From positions 12,152,001 through 12,216,000 of the forward strand of contig NC_043005.1 in NCBI RefSeq assembly GCF_006345805.1: 64,000 nucleotides of DNA, in the 5' to 3' direction. The position numbers and the translations under genes are program-made. This document shows, in pieces, positions 1 to 12,664 of the stretch (its first letter is position 1; the number at the start of each line of letters is the position of its first letter). Under the pieces are notes generated by a model. That model saw only the letters and a program-made list of their open reading frames with translations, searched no databases and was not told the origin of the DNA. Source of the stretch: Octopus sinensis. Its lineage: Eukaryota.

Positions 1-395
1 CCAGTGAACACAAGAAAGAATTATTCCTCAGGTACTAGTTTTCACGAATATTGATCCCATACTCTTATTATACGTTTTGGTTTTCTTCATTGTGCGGCGT
101 TAGACCTTCATATCAGAAGTTCCCCAACTATAGACACGTTCGCCTTACCAGTCATCCATTTCTCTCACGATTTATTCTTATATTCTCCTCCATCAATTCC
201 TTTCCTCTCGAACTCTTTTTTTTTGTTATTCTTTTTCTCTATTTTGAGTTCGTCATTTACTCAAGTTTCTTTCAATTTTTCTCTCGTTCCAGCTCTTCGT
301 TTCCGTCCTCACTAATCCTTTTTCAGCTAGGCTCTGTCTTCTCCTTTCCCCCTCTCTCACTCACTGTCTCTGTCTCTGTCTTTGTGTCTCTCTCT

Positions 396-451
<56 letters not shown>

Positions 452-574
452 GGATGTATGTATGTATGTATGTGTATATGTATATATATATATATTTTTT
501 TTTTCCGAACCGCTAGGTGATGGGAAAGGTTGTGAAGTCATAGTGTTGTACTGAAACAGATGTAGGGACACACC

Positions 575-642
<68 letters not shown>

Positions 643-643
643 A

Positions 644-861
644 CTCTCTCTCTTTTAATCTTTTACTTGTTTCAGTCATTTGACTGCGTCCATGCTGGAG
701 CACCGCCTTTAATCGAGCAACTCGACCCCGGGACTTATTCTTTTGTAAGTCCAGTACTTACTCTATCGGTCTCTTTTGCCGAACCGCTAAGTAACGGGGA
801 CATAAACACACCAGCATTGTTGTCAAGCAATGTAAGGGGACAAACACAGAAACACAAAACA

Positions 862-892
<31 letters not shown>

Positions 893-1053
893 CATAAATA
901 CGACAGCCTTCTTTCAGTTTCCGTCTACCAAATCCACTCACAAGGCTTTGGTCGGCCCGAAGCTATAGTAGAAGATACTTGACCAAGTTGCCACGCAGTA
1001 GGACTGAACCCGGAACCATGTGATTGGTAAACAAGCTACTTAACACTCCTGCG

Positions 1054-1055
<2 letters not shown>
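644..1055 (-). mobile_element. tRNA-derived SINE, family A (near full length)
   Basis: Minus strand reads GGCGCAGGAGTG-head with B-box-like GGTTCCGGGTTCAGTCC, a TTGGTCAAGT core, an internal (TA)n(TG)n tract and the tail GGCGGTGCTCCAGCATGG..CAGTCAAATGACTGAAAC. About nine copies in the window. Probably one of the octopus OK/OR1/OR2 SINEs; I cannot assign which. Confidence 0.9.
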
Positions 1056-1136
<81 letters not shown>

Positions 1137-1176
1137 TATATATATATATGCATATATATAATATATGCATATATTA

Positions 1177-1211
<35 letters not shown>

Positions 1212-1214
<3 letters not shown>

Positions 1215-1385
1215 GGTGTGTTCAGGATCAGTAAACCACTGTCACTCGACAACCGTCCCCATGGCGTAGCGGTTCGACAAAATTACCAATAGAATAAGTA
1301 GCAGGCTAAAACAGCGAGCGGTTCATTTTACAAAAGTTTCTCAAGGTGGTGCCCCAGCATGGTCGCAATCTAATACCTGAAAGAG
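1212..1385 (+). repeat. Diverged family A-related 3' fragment; a related inverted piece lies at 497-558
   Basis: TAGCGGTTCGACAAAA..AATAGAATAAGTA..GGTGGTGCCCCAGCATGGTCGCA resembles the family A 3' half. Its start TTCAGGTGTGT also occurs reverse-complemented at about 547-557. Confidence 0.55.
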
Positions 1386-1651
1386 GACAAAGATATCGGA
1401 ATGATTACCTGGGGAAGAAAATGCGAGAATTTAAAGAAAATATCCACAAGATGCATACTCATCCAAAAATTAAGATGCATGCATGTACGTATGAATACAT
1501 GTATGAAAATCATATTTTCTATGGTTAACAGCTGGTAGGAACTTAAATAGATCCTTGAAAATGTAGAATTCTAAATGCTCGCTCTAACTGGCGCTCTGTC
1601 TTTTTGAAATAAACCTCTGTGTGTTTATATATATTGCCTCCCACCCGAGGA

Positions 1652-1697
<46 letters not shown>

Positions 1698-1703
1698 ATA
1701 TAC

Positions 1704-1768
<65 letters not shown>

Positions 1769-2019
1769 GTGTGTGTGTGTGTTGTGTTGTATGTGTATGT
1801 GTGTGTGTGTGTATGTGTGTGTGTGTGTATGTGTGTGTGTATTTAAATTACGATGACACTAAACAGCCAAGAAAGCTTTTTGAGATGTACTGAAAGATTC
1901 AGAAATAATTAATTGTCCATCGCCAGAATGTTGCGAAGAGAATTAGCAGCAAGAGTATAGAATATCCATATTTTTGCCGAAAAATTTGCCAGCGGTCAGC
2001 GGAGAATTAATTACTTCTG

Positions 2020-2109
<90 letters not shown>

Positions 2110-2496
2110 TTGTGTGTGTGTATGTGTGTGTGTGCGTGTGAGTGTGTGTGTGTGTGTAGGTAAATAGATATGCAAGTAGACATGTAGATATATAGGCAAA
2201 ACGAACAGACAAGCACACACATACATACGCAAATGAAGACAGAAACACATGACCATAAGCGCACACGCACACACAAGCGCACAAACAAACACATAAAAAG
2301 AACGCAGCTCTTATAATGCACAAAGTCAACGACTATTCAAAAGGTTGCAAGGCGCAACGAAAATTTTAGAAAAAATATGAGTGGAAATCGAAGCCGTGGG
2401 TGTGTTAAAAGAGAATGACTCTCCTCAGACACGAACACACACACATGAGCATATTATATATATATATATTATATATATGTGTGTGTGTGTGTGTGT

Positions 2497-2804
2497 GGAG
2501 GTGCAATGGCCCAGTGGTTAGGGCAGCGGACTCGCGGTCGCAGGATCGCGGTTCCGATTCCCAGACTGGGCGTTGTGAGTGTTTATTGAGCGAAAACACC
2601 TAAAGCTCCAGGAGGCTCCAGCAGGGGATGGTGGTGATCCCTGCTGTACTCTTTCGCCACAACTTTCTCTCACTCTTTCTTCTGTTGGCCTGCTTGCTTA
2701 GCCAGCGCATTGGCGTCAGTTGGAGGCTAAAACAATGCGAAGCGCATTGTGACCAGCGATGTGTAGCAACATCTGATAGCCTGGTCGGTCACAGTCATCA
2801 GTGA
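2497..2804 (+). mobile_element. tRNA-derived SINE, family C
   Basis: A box TGGCCCAGTGGTTAGG, B box GGTTCCGATTCCC, tRNA-like head, then about 230 bp of body. A head-only stub lies at 4481-4505. Confidence 0.8.
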
Positions 2805-2815
2805 TATATATATAC

Positions 2816-2871
<56 letters not shown>

Positions 2872-2877
<6 letters not shown>

Positions 2878-3270
2878 TATATTAAATTAGAGATAAAACC
2901 ACTATTAGGCCAAAACAAACAATGAAAAACTTAAGCCAATACATAAAATTAATTAATTTATATTATTTTAAATATATATCAAAAGTATTAAAAGATTACT
3001 AAAAGATAATGATTAAAACACTACGATCGTTTCATGGCTGTCCAATTCGTAATAATTCGAGTTATGGTTACAGTCAATCTTCAGGTGATATATATTTAAA
3101 ATAATATAAATTAATTCATTTTATGTATTGGCTTAAGTTTTTCATTGTTTGATTTGCCTAATAGTGGTTTTATCTCTAATTTAATATAATATAATATTTT
3201 ATAAAATTGGATTCAATGCTAAATCTGATTTTCCCTGTAAGTTTGGATTTATTCCCTAATATTTTATTAT
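2872..3270 (-). mobile_element. Penelope-like terminal-repeat remnant: about 105-bp inverted arms around a hammerhead-like motif
   Basis: Arm about 2878-2981 is the near-perfect reverse complement of about 3086-3188. Minus strand at 3019-3087 reads CAC-CTGAAGA-long hairpin-GAAA-CGATCG-TA-GTG. Related sequence at 23866-24105. Confidence 0.6.
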
Positions 3271-3319
3271 ATATATATATATATATAATATATATATACA
3301 TATATATATACATATATAT

Positions 3320-3731
3320 CACTTTTGTCACTTTAGCTAATAGCTGTGGCCATGCTGGAGCACCGCTGTTTTGCTAGAGTTTTATTACTGAGATCTTTCT
3401 TTAATATATGCCACTTGATGTAGAATGGAGCTTGATGTAGCTACCCTCATATGCACCTCTTGACGCGAGGTAGGTTCATCTGGGACTCTCGACATGAAGA
3501 CGTTCAGCCTTGATTTAAAAACGCCTATATCTACTTTGTGGATATTCTTCAAGCTCTTTGAGAGAATATTAAAAAGCTTTGGGCTCCTGAAACCCAGGCC
3601 GTTGCAGTAACTGGTGCTGAAGCGTGATGGCATCGCTGGGATCTTTAGCACTATGAAGTGTCGACCAGGTCTGGCATTGGTGTAGCTTTCAATGCCAAAA
3701 TTCGGCACAATTCCTTCCAGAATCTTCCAGA
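3320..3731 (-). mobile_element. CR1-group LINE, 5'-truncated 3' fragment
   Basis: WKILEGIVPNFG...LGFRSPKLFNILSKSLKNIHKVDIGVFKSRLNVFMSRVPDEP is the post-RT C-terminus typical of CR1-group ORF2. The 3' tail follows. Confidence 0.85.
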
Positions 3732-3748
3732 TGTGTATATATATATAT

Positions 3749-4387
3749 AATTCATAAATAAGGGCAAACTAAAAAATTCCTAATGCCAAATATGTCGAAA
3801 AATTGGACATATTGTCCATTAACCATTAATTTATTCACAATTCGCACGCTACTCGAAAAAGAGGGCGACAGAAATTTCTAAAAAATACCATTATTACGAT
3901 ATCGGACCGATTTCAAGGTTAGCTTATAAACAGCCCTCCCTTCGTCAGTGATACATGTGGCAAAAGAAATAAATGAGATACTTACTCATACCCATGGAAG
4001 AAGCAAACACTAAGTCATGAGCACAATTAAGTACCCCAAATACATCCAAAATAGAAATACTCCAGCCCATTCGAGATACGTGCGATTTGAACTGATGCTC
4101 TCACAGAGTGAAAGAGTCCGGAAGTGAACGCTTAAATTTATATCTTAATGTAGGATAAATTTTTTTTCGAAAAAAATTATTTTCCAAAAAAACCGTGCTA
4201 ATAAATTAATGGTTAATGGACAATATGTCCAATTTTTCGGCATATTTGGCATTAGAAAATGTTTCGTTTGCTCTTATTTATGAATTGTTTATGAATTTAA
4301 CCTTTAAAAGTATTTTTTATATGCTGGCCATTGATAAGATTTTTGTGGGGGGGAAAATAATTTTTTTCGAAAAGATTTTATCCTACA

Positions 4388-4392
<5 letters not shown>
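3749..4392. repeat. Foldback/MITE-like element with two interleaved inverted-repeat pairs
   Basis: 3749-3836 vs 4200-4293 (about 88-bp inverted repeat) and 4145-4185 vs 4352-4391 (about 40-bp inverted repeat). Confidence 0.75.
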
Positions 4393-4454
<62 letters not shown>

Positions 4455-5597
4455 ATATATATATATATATGTGTGTGTGTGGAGGTGCAATGGCCCAGTG
4501 GCTAGGTTCCAGGGTGGAAGCACCACTCCCTCTTTTGCTATATATGTAAATATATATATATACATAAATACTTTATTATTAAAGCTGCAAAACATCACAA
4601 AAATATCATCTCTACCTCAGATAGTCGAGTGCTACTTTTTACCACCTTGTTTCGCAGTTATGTGCTTCCTGGGGTATATATTATATATATATGTATATGA
4701 GTCCCCACCCTTTATGTGACTAATATAAATTTATTTAGCTAAAGTATAGTTATTTCAGTGAAATATCATCATACAATAGGCATAGTGGTACGTACTTTGA
4801 ATATTCACCACCAGTTATAATAATAAATAACGGAATATGACTGATAAACTAAACTATATCTTCTCTACTGATATGTAACATACATATAATCTAATAACCC
4901 ATTCGGTCATTATCCTACTTAGATTGAAAAATGCGATATTTTTTTTGTCTCTTTTAATGGCTCGCTGCGGTACTAAATTTCAAATTATACCTACTCTAGA
5001 TAAACATCTCAAGAATATATCTGGTTATCATTGCTTTACCGTTTTATATAAACGAACCAAATAACTAACCATCAAATAACTAACCATCAAATAACTCGCT
5101 CGTGACTAACTTAAATTGACTTGCAATAAAACCTAAATTAAAACGGTTTATACAGAAGCATGGCTTTTTATAGTTTTGTTTGTATTTGTATTTATATTTT
5201 ATTTTCAGTATTTGCTTTAGAATACAACGGCAAGCTGGTTGACATTGCGTATACTTAACGATTACAAACCCAATTGATGCCGCTTAATTGCAAGGCATAT
5301 ACACTTCTCAGACGGTATCTTGACATTTTTTCGTATTTTAACTCATATGATATATTGAAATGCATGAATTCAGATGTTTTTGTATACATTCACAGTATGT
5401 TTTTTGGGGTTTTTTTTTCATTTTGACAGCATATTTAGATGTTCTTGTGAAAAATATATTTTTAAAATATTGATATACAGGAAGTATTTCAAACTTTTCA
5501 CATACTTACTGCAAAAAATTTTAAATCCCTGTATATATATACATACATATATATATACATATATATGTATATATATACATATATATATATATGTATG

Positions 5598-5636
<39 letters not shown>

Positions 5637-6174
5637 ATATATATATATATATATATACAGAGAGAGAGAAAGAGGGAGAGAAAGAGCTAGATAAATAGAT
5701 ATGTCTCATCGCCTCTCTTCCTTCTGCCTTTACATATGTTCGTGTTTGTATATATATTTACATAATTTTATATATGCATGCATATATGTATATAGACATA
5801 TATATGCATAGGCACACACACACGCACACACATATTGAGAGAAGAAATATATGTGGTTGGGTGTGTATGAATGAGAGTAAAATTCAAAGAGAAACATATA
5901 AGTTAAGAAAATATTTGAATCTTGATATTAATCATTGAGAATTCCATGATGACAGTGGTTTAAAAGTTAAGAGCTTAACCCCAATAGTATACATATATTT
6001 GAATATTGATGAAATATATAATTCAAAATTTATCTCGATACACACACATAGACATACACAAACATATACGTACGTACATACGTATACAGGTGTACATGTA
6101 TAAGTATACACAGGTCTTTATACATATGCTAAACATTTGCATGTAGATGTATGCGTGTGTGAGTGTGTGTTTGC

Positions 6175-6218
<44 letters not shown>

Positions 6219-6412
6219 CGTCATTGTATATGGACGTCATTCTTCCCGAATATATTTTAGTGAGACATAAATATTTTCCTTTTATGTTTCATTAATCGAA
6301 TAGAATGTCCGTTGCTATGTCGAATATTTGAATCAAGAATATGCTGTGCAGATGTCAGAATCATAATAAACCCTTGTATATACATACATATACATACATA
6401 CATACATATATA

Positions 6413-6469
<57 letters not shown>

Positions 6470-6960
6470 GTATATATATGTGTGTGTGTGTATGTATAAT
6501 TTAATAAACGCATCATTTTTTATGTACTATAATATTAGTTTCATGTCCTCAGAGAATGCCAGACACTATTTTATAAGGCAACTTGTCACCTAGTAGAATC
6601 TTCAGGCATAATCTGGTAGGACACCAGACATGATGAAAGTACTGTTCGGCATGCTTTCAACACATGACACTGATAGTAGCACATAAAAACATATATTGTA
6701 TTTATTGAATAATATTTATCGCACCTGATCGAGTACTTTTCTGTTGATCTTTACATTACGAACACTATATATTATATATATATACGAATGAGGAAAAGTA
6801 GAAAATGGAGAAATTTATGTATAAACTTCAAAGATATTCAAATCAATATAATATGAAATTCTTATCCCTAAACCAGTTTCAATATACAATTAGTTCAATT
6901 ACAGAAATTAAATCAAATTAAATTAATTAAAAATTTTCATATTGAAGTGTATTTCATCAG

Positions 6961-7094
6961 GGAAGAATTTGCAGAAAGGAGCAGAGACTATCAAGGAGTC
7001 TGTCAGGGAGTCTTTCAAGGGTCGGCCAACACTTTGGAATGTAACTCAGGTGTACATTTGGGAAACGTCAATTAGACAAATGTGGAAAAATGTC
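6961..7094 (+). CDS. Candidate internal coding exon, product unknown
   Basis: Acceptor TTTCATCAG|G and donor GTC|GTAAGT. The 134 bp are open in one frame (KNLQKGAETIKESVRESFKGRPTLWNVTQVYIWETSIRQMWKNV) and GC is raised over the flanks. No homology recognised and no partner exons identified. Confidence 0.3.
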
Positions 7095-8293
7095 GTAAGT
7101 GGTATATTACCTATACTGAATCGGAAATATATGTAGTAAGTAGTAAGACTTCAAGACCAGTGATACCATCCACGTATTATTTATACATGGGGACGTGCGG
7201 GTGAATTGAAAGATAGGTATATAGGTGGGTGGGCGGGTAGGTAGATAGGTGTGTGGGTGTATAGGTGGGTAGATAGGCATGGGTATGCATAAGGTAATAG
7301 ATAGGATTAGAACGACATCTGAATGCAGGTAAGACCATACAAATATACGCAGAAATATGTACAATTCAATTCTGCGTTCATACGCTTCGTCTAGCACGTA
7401 GAGACGGACATGCACACACACATACACACATACACAAAGGATCACAAGAACACACATACATCCACACACACATACACACACACATACGTGCACAAGTACG
7501 CACATCAGGCATACACACGCACACACACAGACGGCATGGGTAAATGCATGCAAACACACATACGTGGATAGTTACACCCGCACACAGACACGCACACACA
7601 TGCAACTGTAGGAACACACACAGGCACAGAAACGGATATTTGTATATTTGAAAAATAGCCCCAAATATGCAGACAAGTACGTACTGGGATACATTCCAGT
7701 TCTAACATACTCGTTCACAATAGCATACACACGTGTTGAAAGCGACTTAAGTAAAGAGGACTTACGCAAGCATACGCACGCAAGCATATACACATATATT
7801 CAAAAACATGCGAAATATGCAGACATGCATGCTAAAATAAATTCAAATCAGAAAACACTCTGACTAAGCCACGCGCCTCCACCGATACAGAAAGGCATAT
7901 GTCTAATTCTCAGAATTCCCAGGCAATTGAAAGCAAGTCTTGGAACGTGTAGGGTGTCACGGTTCGCTGAAAAGATTACAAAGAGCATCGAAAGAATTTT
8001 GACGGACAAACGACCGATTGGTTGTTTAACCAAACGCACTAAACAAACAATCGATTAATTAAGTTCGCTGGTTAAATATTTAACCAATTGACTAATAATA
8101 AAGAAGTGAAATTATTATCATTATTATTGACGTAATGATTCTCTCAAGATAGTAAAATTTATATATATATATATGTATAATATATATATATATATATATA
8201 TAATATATATATATATATGCATATATACCTACATATATATGTATATATACATGCATATATGGATACAGGATATCAAAAAACAAAAACATAGAA

Positions 8294-8661
8294 ACGTGTC
8301 AGCGACGAGAGAGTCGAGAAGGAGGAGCAGTAAGAGAAAGGGAACGGTGAAGGGGAGAGGAGAAGAACAGGGAGGGGTGGTATCTTCATATATGTATGTA
8401 TGTATGCATATATTTATATAATTATTTATATTATTATATAATCGAACGCCACTCATCCTTTTCCAAGTTAGTTTTATATTAATTATGATGCGTACTCTTC
8501 TTCTTTACTATTTCTTCTCTGTCTATCTCTCTCTCTCTCTTGTTCTTCATCCTTTCTGATTTTCTCTGCCTCCCTTCCCTGTTCTTCTCCTCTCCCCTTC
8601 ACCGTTCTCCTTCTCTTATTCCTCCTCCTCCTCCTCCTCGACTCTCTCGTCGCTGACACGT
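8294..8661. repeat. About 85-bp inverted repeat pair (8294-8377 / 8570-8661)
   Basis: ACGTGTCAGCGACGAGAGAGTCGAG..GGTGAAGGGGAGAGGAGAAGAACAGGGA and its reverse complement about 190 bp downstream. Confidence 0.85.
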
Positions 8662-8764
8662 GATCAGAGGGAAGGCATCTTTCCGACTTCTATCTTCACA
8701 AAGACCAGCCAAGCTTATCCTGTCTCTTTCATAAGCTGTCTCGTCTTGGCTTAATAACCCTCAT

Positions 8765-9305
8765 CGTTTATTTTACTGTTTTGTTCTCATTGTTCTGTCT
8801 TTTACTGTTTTTACTTTTTTATTGTTTTTACTGTTTTGTTCTCACTGTCCTTTTCTTGTTACCACTTTCATCCTCCGCAAAAAATCCCAAATTGTATTTA
8901 ATTTGCTTTGCAGGAAGGACTGTTTCAACGAAATCGTATCTTATCCTTACCTTCGAAATATGGAGTACATGAAACAGGGACAACTGAAGGAGGGGAATAT
9001 TCTTTATGTTGCATGTCTTGGTTCTCTGGGTTTTTTCGTTGTTTGAAACGCTTTTACTGTTCTGTCTTTTACTGTTTTACTGTTTTGTTTTGTTCTTATT
9101 GTCCTGTTCTTGCTACCATTTTTACCCTCCGCAAACATCCCAAATTTTTTAAAATTTGCTTTGCAGGAAAGACTGTTTCAATAAGTCGCGTCTTGTCGTT
9201 ACCTTCGTAACGCGGAATAGACGAAACAGAGACAACTGAAAAAGGGAATATTCCTTGTGTTGTATGTCTTGTGCTCTGTTTCTTCGTTGTTTGAAAAAAA
9301 AGTTC
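8765..9305. repeat. Diverged tandem duplication, unit about 270 bp
   Basis: Two copies share CCTCCGCAAA..ATCCCAAATT..AATTTGCTTTGCAGGAA.GACTGTTTCAA..GAAACAG.GACAACTGAA..GGGAATATT..TTCGTTGTTTGAAA. Confidence 0.85.
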
Positions 9306-9609
9306 GTTTCCATGTTTTTGTTTCTCATTGTGTTCAACGCTTTTGTTAATGTCCTGTACCCATATAAGTCAAGATAGAAAATGGTAAAACAATTTTATAA
9401 AAAACTGTTCAGTACCGGTTTCAGTCATTGAGACTTTTTCAACTGTATGGAAAACCATTATATTTTGAAAAATTAAAAGAAAAGTTTTTTTTAAAGAATA
9501 TGTGTATAGTGTTCAAATACAAGTGGCATTTTCCTTGTTTCTTCCTGTCTCTGTCTCTCTTGTTTACACTTTTGGGTTATATACACATTTACTCTTGTAG
9601 GTTATATAT

Positions 9610-9654
<45 letters not shown>

Positions 9655-9658
<4 letters not shown>

Positions 9659-10046
9659 ACGCTCAGGCACATTCTTACGTATAAAAGGGGTGAATTATGT
9701 ATGAAAGGGGTGAATTGAGTGCAACAACAGAAATTGTACAATCAGTGAATTAATATTCGAAGATGTAATTATGTAATAAAAGGTATAGTACCCAAAGGAT
9801 TTCATGTCCAGTCCTCAATTGTTCAAAGGTTGGCGGTAAACGGTCCGATTCGTATGCAGCTCTCTCTCGTATTTTGTCCTATCTACGCAATGCCGTTGCT
9901 GGTTTTTGAATTCTTCCCCGTTCGATTTTCCTTTTCTCTTTTAACAGGAATTAAACGAAATTACCTGTCTCGTTCCTAGCTCACTTCCTGAATGTATATA
10001 TATATATATATATATACATACCTACGTCATTTAAACTCTGCCAACA
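9655..10046. mobile_element. Probable solo LTR (Gypsy-like)
   Basis: Ends TGTT...AACA, 4-bp direct repeat ATGT on both sides (9651-9654, 10047-10050), TATAAAA and AATAAA inside, 392 bp. Confidence 0.55.
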
Positions 10047-10157
10047 ATGTTGTTATATGTCTCTCATTACAAATGCTTATCTCTCCTCATTATATTTTCT
10101 AGTTATTTGAACTGATTATAGATATACATAACAATATATATATATAGAGAGAGAGTG

Positions 10158-10198
<41 letters not shown>

Positions 10199-10199
10199 T

Positions 10200-10263
<64 letters not shown>

Positions 10264-11807
10264 CATGAACGCAATAAAAGCTTCCCTCACAAGTAGAAGT
10301 ATAGAAAATACACCCCCAAATCGGAATAAACCTTGGAGTAAGTCAACAATAGGAAAATATTTCCGTTTTGCAAGTTTAGAGTGTCTAGCAGCTAGCAAAA
10401 ACTGCAAGGTCAGGAACAGTTGCTGCGAGGCATATACCATATAGGCTACAAAACGAAAAATTAATAAAGTAAAAAGCATCAGTGGCTGAACAATTCAAGA
10501 CTAAACGTAGATTCAAACTTTCAGCACAAAACCAAAGTAAATTTTGTGATGAATATGATGTAAGTGTGGACTAGCTTTCTGAAACTGTTTGTTACTGACA
10601 CTAAATGTATATAAGACTCGACATGACGACAGGGTAAGAAAATACTTGCACTGCAACGTATGTAGTAACTACAAAATATTAGCGGCTATCCAGTGTTATA
10701 AATAAAACCCAGAACTAATAATGTAGCGAGATAATGTAAAGGTAATTTGGGATTTCCATTTGGAACACGTCTGAACTGCCAAGTTAAAAGACGAGACATA
10801 ACGATCAAAGTTTTAAGAATTTAAACCTGTAAGTTAATAAATATGAGATGAAAAAATGATATCGATAAATGAATTTGAAAAAAAAAACATTGTTTCGTGA
10901 GCATGTGTATGTTTGTTTAATTGTGGGTAATCATAGGTTGTTCAAAACAACTTGATGAGGGTATTCTTCTCATATTGAATGTTTTAAATCTAGAAGACAA
11001 CTCCACAACTTGGTTATTCGTAATGTGATTTTTAGATTTTTAGAAATCGTTCAAATTTTTGAAGATGAAACGCCTCCAATACATTTATATAAGAGTCTGT
11101 ATGGGTGTGCAATCAAACAGGTTGATAGATAAATAAATATAAATGCGAGTAAGATGAAAGTTGATCGATATACAAATAAAAAGTTATAAATGTAAGCAGA
11201 TAAATCTATAGAGATCGCTAGGTAAACGTAGATAGCTGCAAATAGAGGATAAAAATCTTGATTGCAATAAATACGTGTTTCTTAAATCAACCGAGATCAA
11301 TATTTTAACAAATTCTAATTTCAATAAAAGTAGGTTCAACAGAAATCCAGCCGACACATGTAGAAATAAAACAACTACAAAATGCATGGTAATATTAAAG
11401 TTTACAATTGACATCTGATCAAATTTTTAAAACGTGGAAAATGTTGAAATCTAATTCGTCAATTTAACTTTACGTTCTGGACTAAAAAGCGATTTTATGT
11501 TTTAAGTAAGGTATATTTGTGAAGATTGCAAAACTTCAGTGAGATTTGTCAAAATAAAATGACATTTATGCAAGGGTTTTCATATACTTCTTGATTTCGA
11601 TTCGATGTCTGCAGTTCAAGCTGGATAAACGTCTGCATAATCATGGGGAGGTCAATGTTTTTGCCCGTGCATGCTGTTCCCTATACAAGCCGTTGATGTT
11701 GTCCAAAGATAAAACCCCTGGTATAGATTCATACATACACATATGTATATCTTCTCTTTTTCTTCTGTCTGCCTGCTTATCTGGCTGTCTATGTGTCTGT
11801 CTATCTG

Positions 11808-11932
<125 letters not shown>

Positions 11933-12371
11933 CATCTATCTATCTATCTATCTATATATCTATCTATCTATATATCTATCTACCTATCCATCAATGTATC
12001 TCTGTGTCATTACGTGAAAATTTACCATTATTTATACATAATTTTCCAATTGCTATATTTGAATACGCTTATCGAAATCGTAGCATATTTTAGCTAATCC
12101 TTTTGCTTTGCTAACAAAGGTTACATGTTCGATAACATTATGTTGTATCTGGAGTTATTCTTTTATGCTAAAGGATCAAAATAATCAAAAACCAATACAA
12201 TCATGGCCATACGGGCATTTCGTTTTTACGACAATATCTTTTTTTAAGTATACAATATTTTTGTTTTGTAATCACAGAGAGAGTATCCAATGGGATTTGA
12301 CCCAGTAAGAGATGATGAAGTAGTTTGTCATATTTTCTTCCTACATGACATTGATAGATAGATAAATAGAT

Positions 12372-12602
12372 AGATGTATATCAAGAAAAAAGTCGTCAGA
12401 ATCTTGGAAAATTTCCTTTTATTATTAGCTCTTTCGTTCCTCTCTAGAACTTGTCAAATACAATTCTGTGAATGCACAAACACCTTGTCCATTTATATAA
12501 AACATGTTTCTGGGTGGGGGTTGTTTAGAAGAGAACATTGTTTTTGTTTTTTGGGGTGATGTTCCAAGACATTAGAACTGGATAGATAGAAATATAGGTA
12601 GG

Positions 12603-12664
<62 letters not shown>

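Noticed and set aside
2497-2570. tRNA gene
   Set aside because: A and B boxes are present, but it continues into a SINE body and I could not fold a full cloverleaf.
6539-6553. Hammerhead core CTGAGGA-CAT-GAAAC on the minus strand
   Set aside because: Only 3 nt lie between the core halves, so stem II cannot form.
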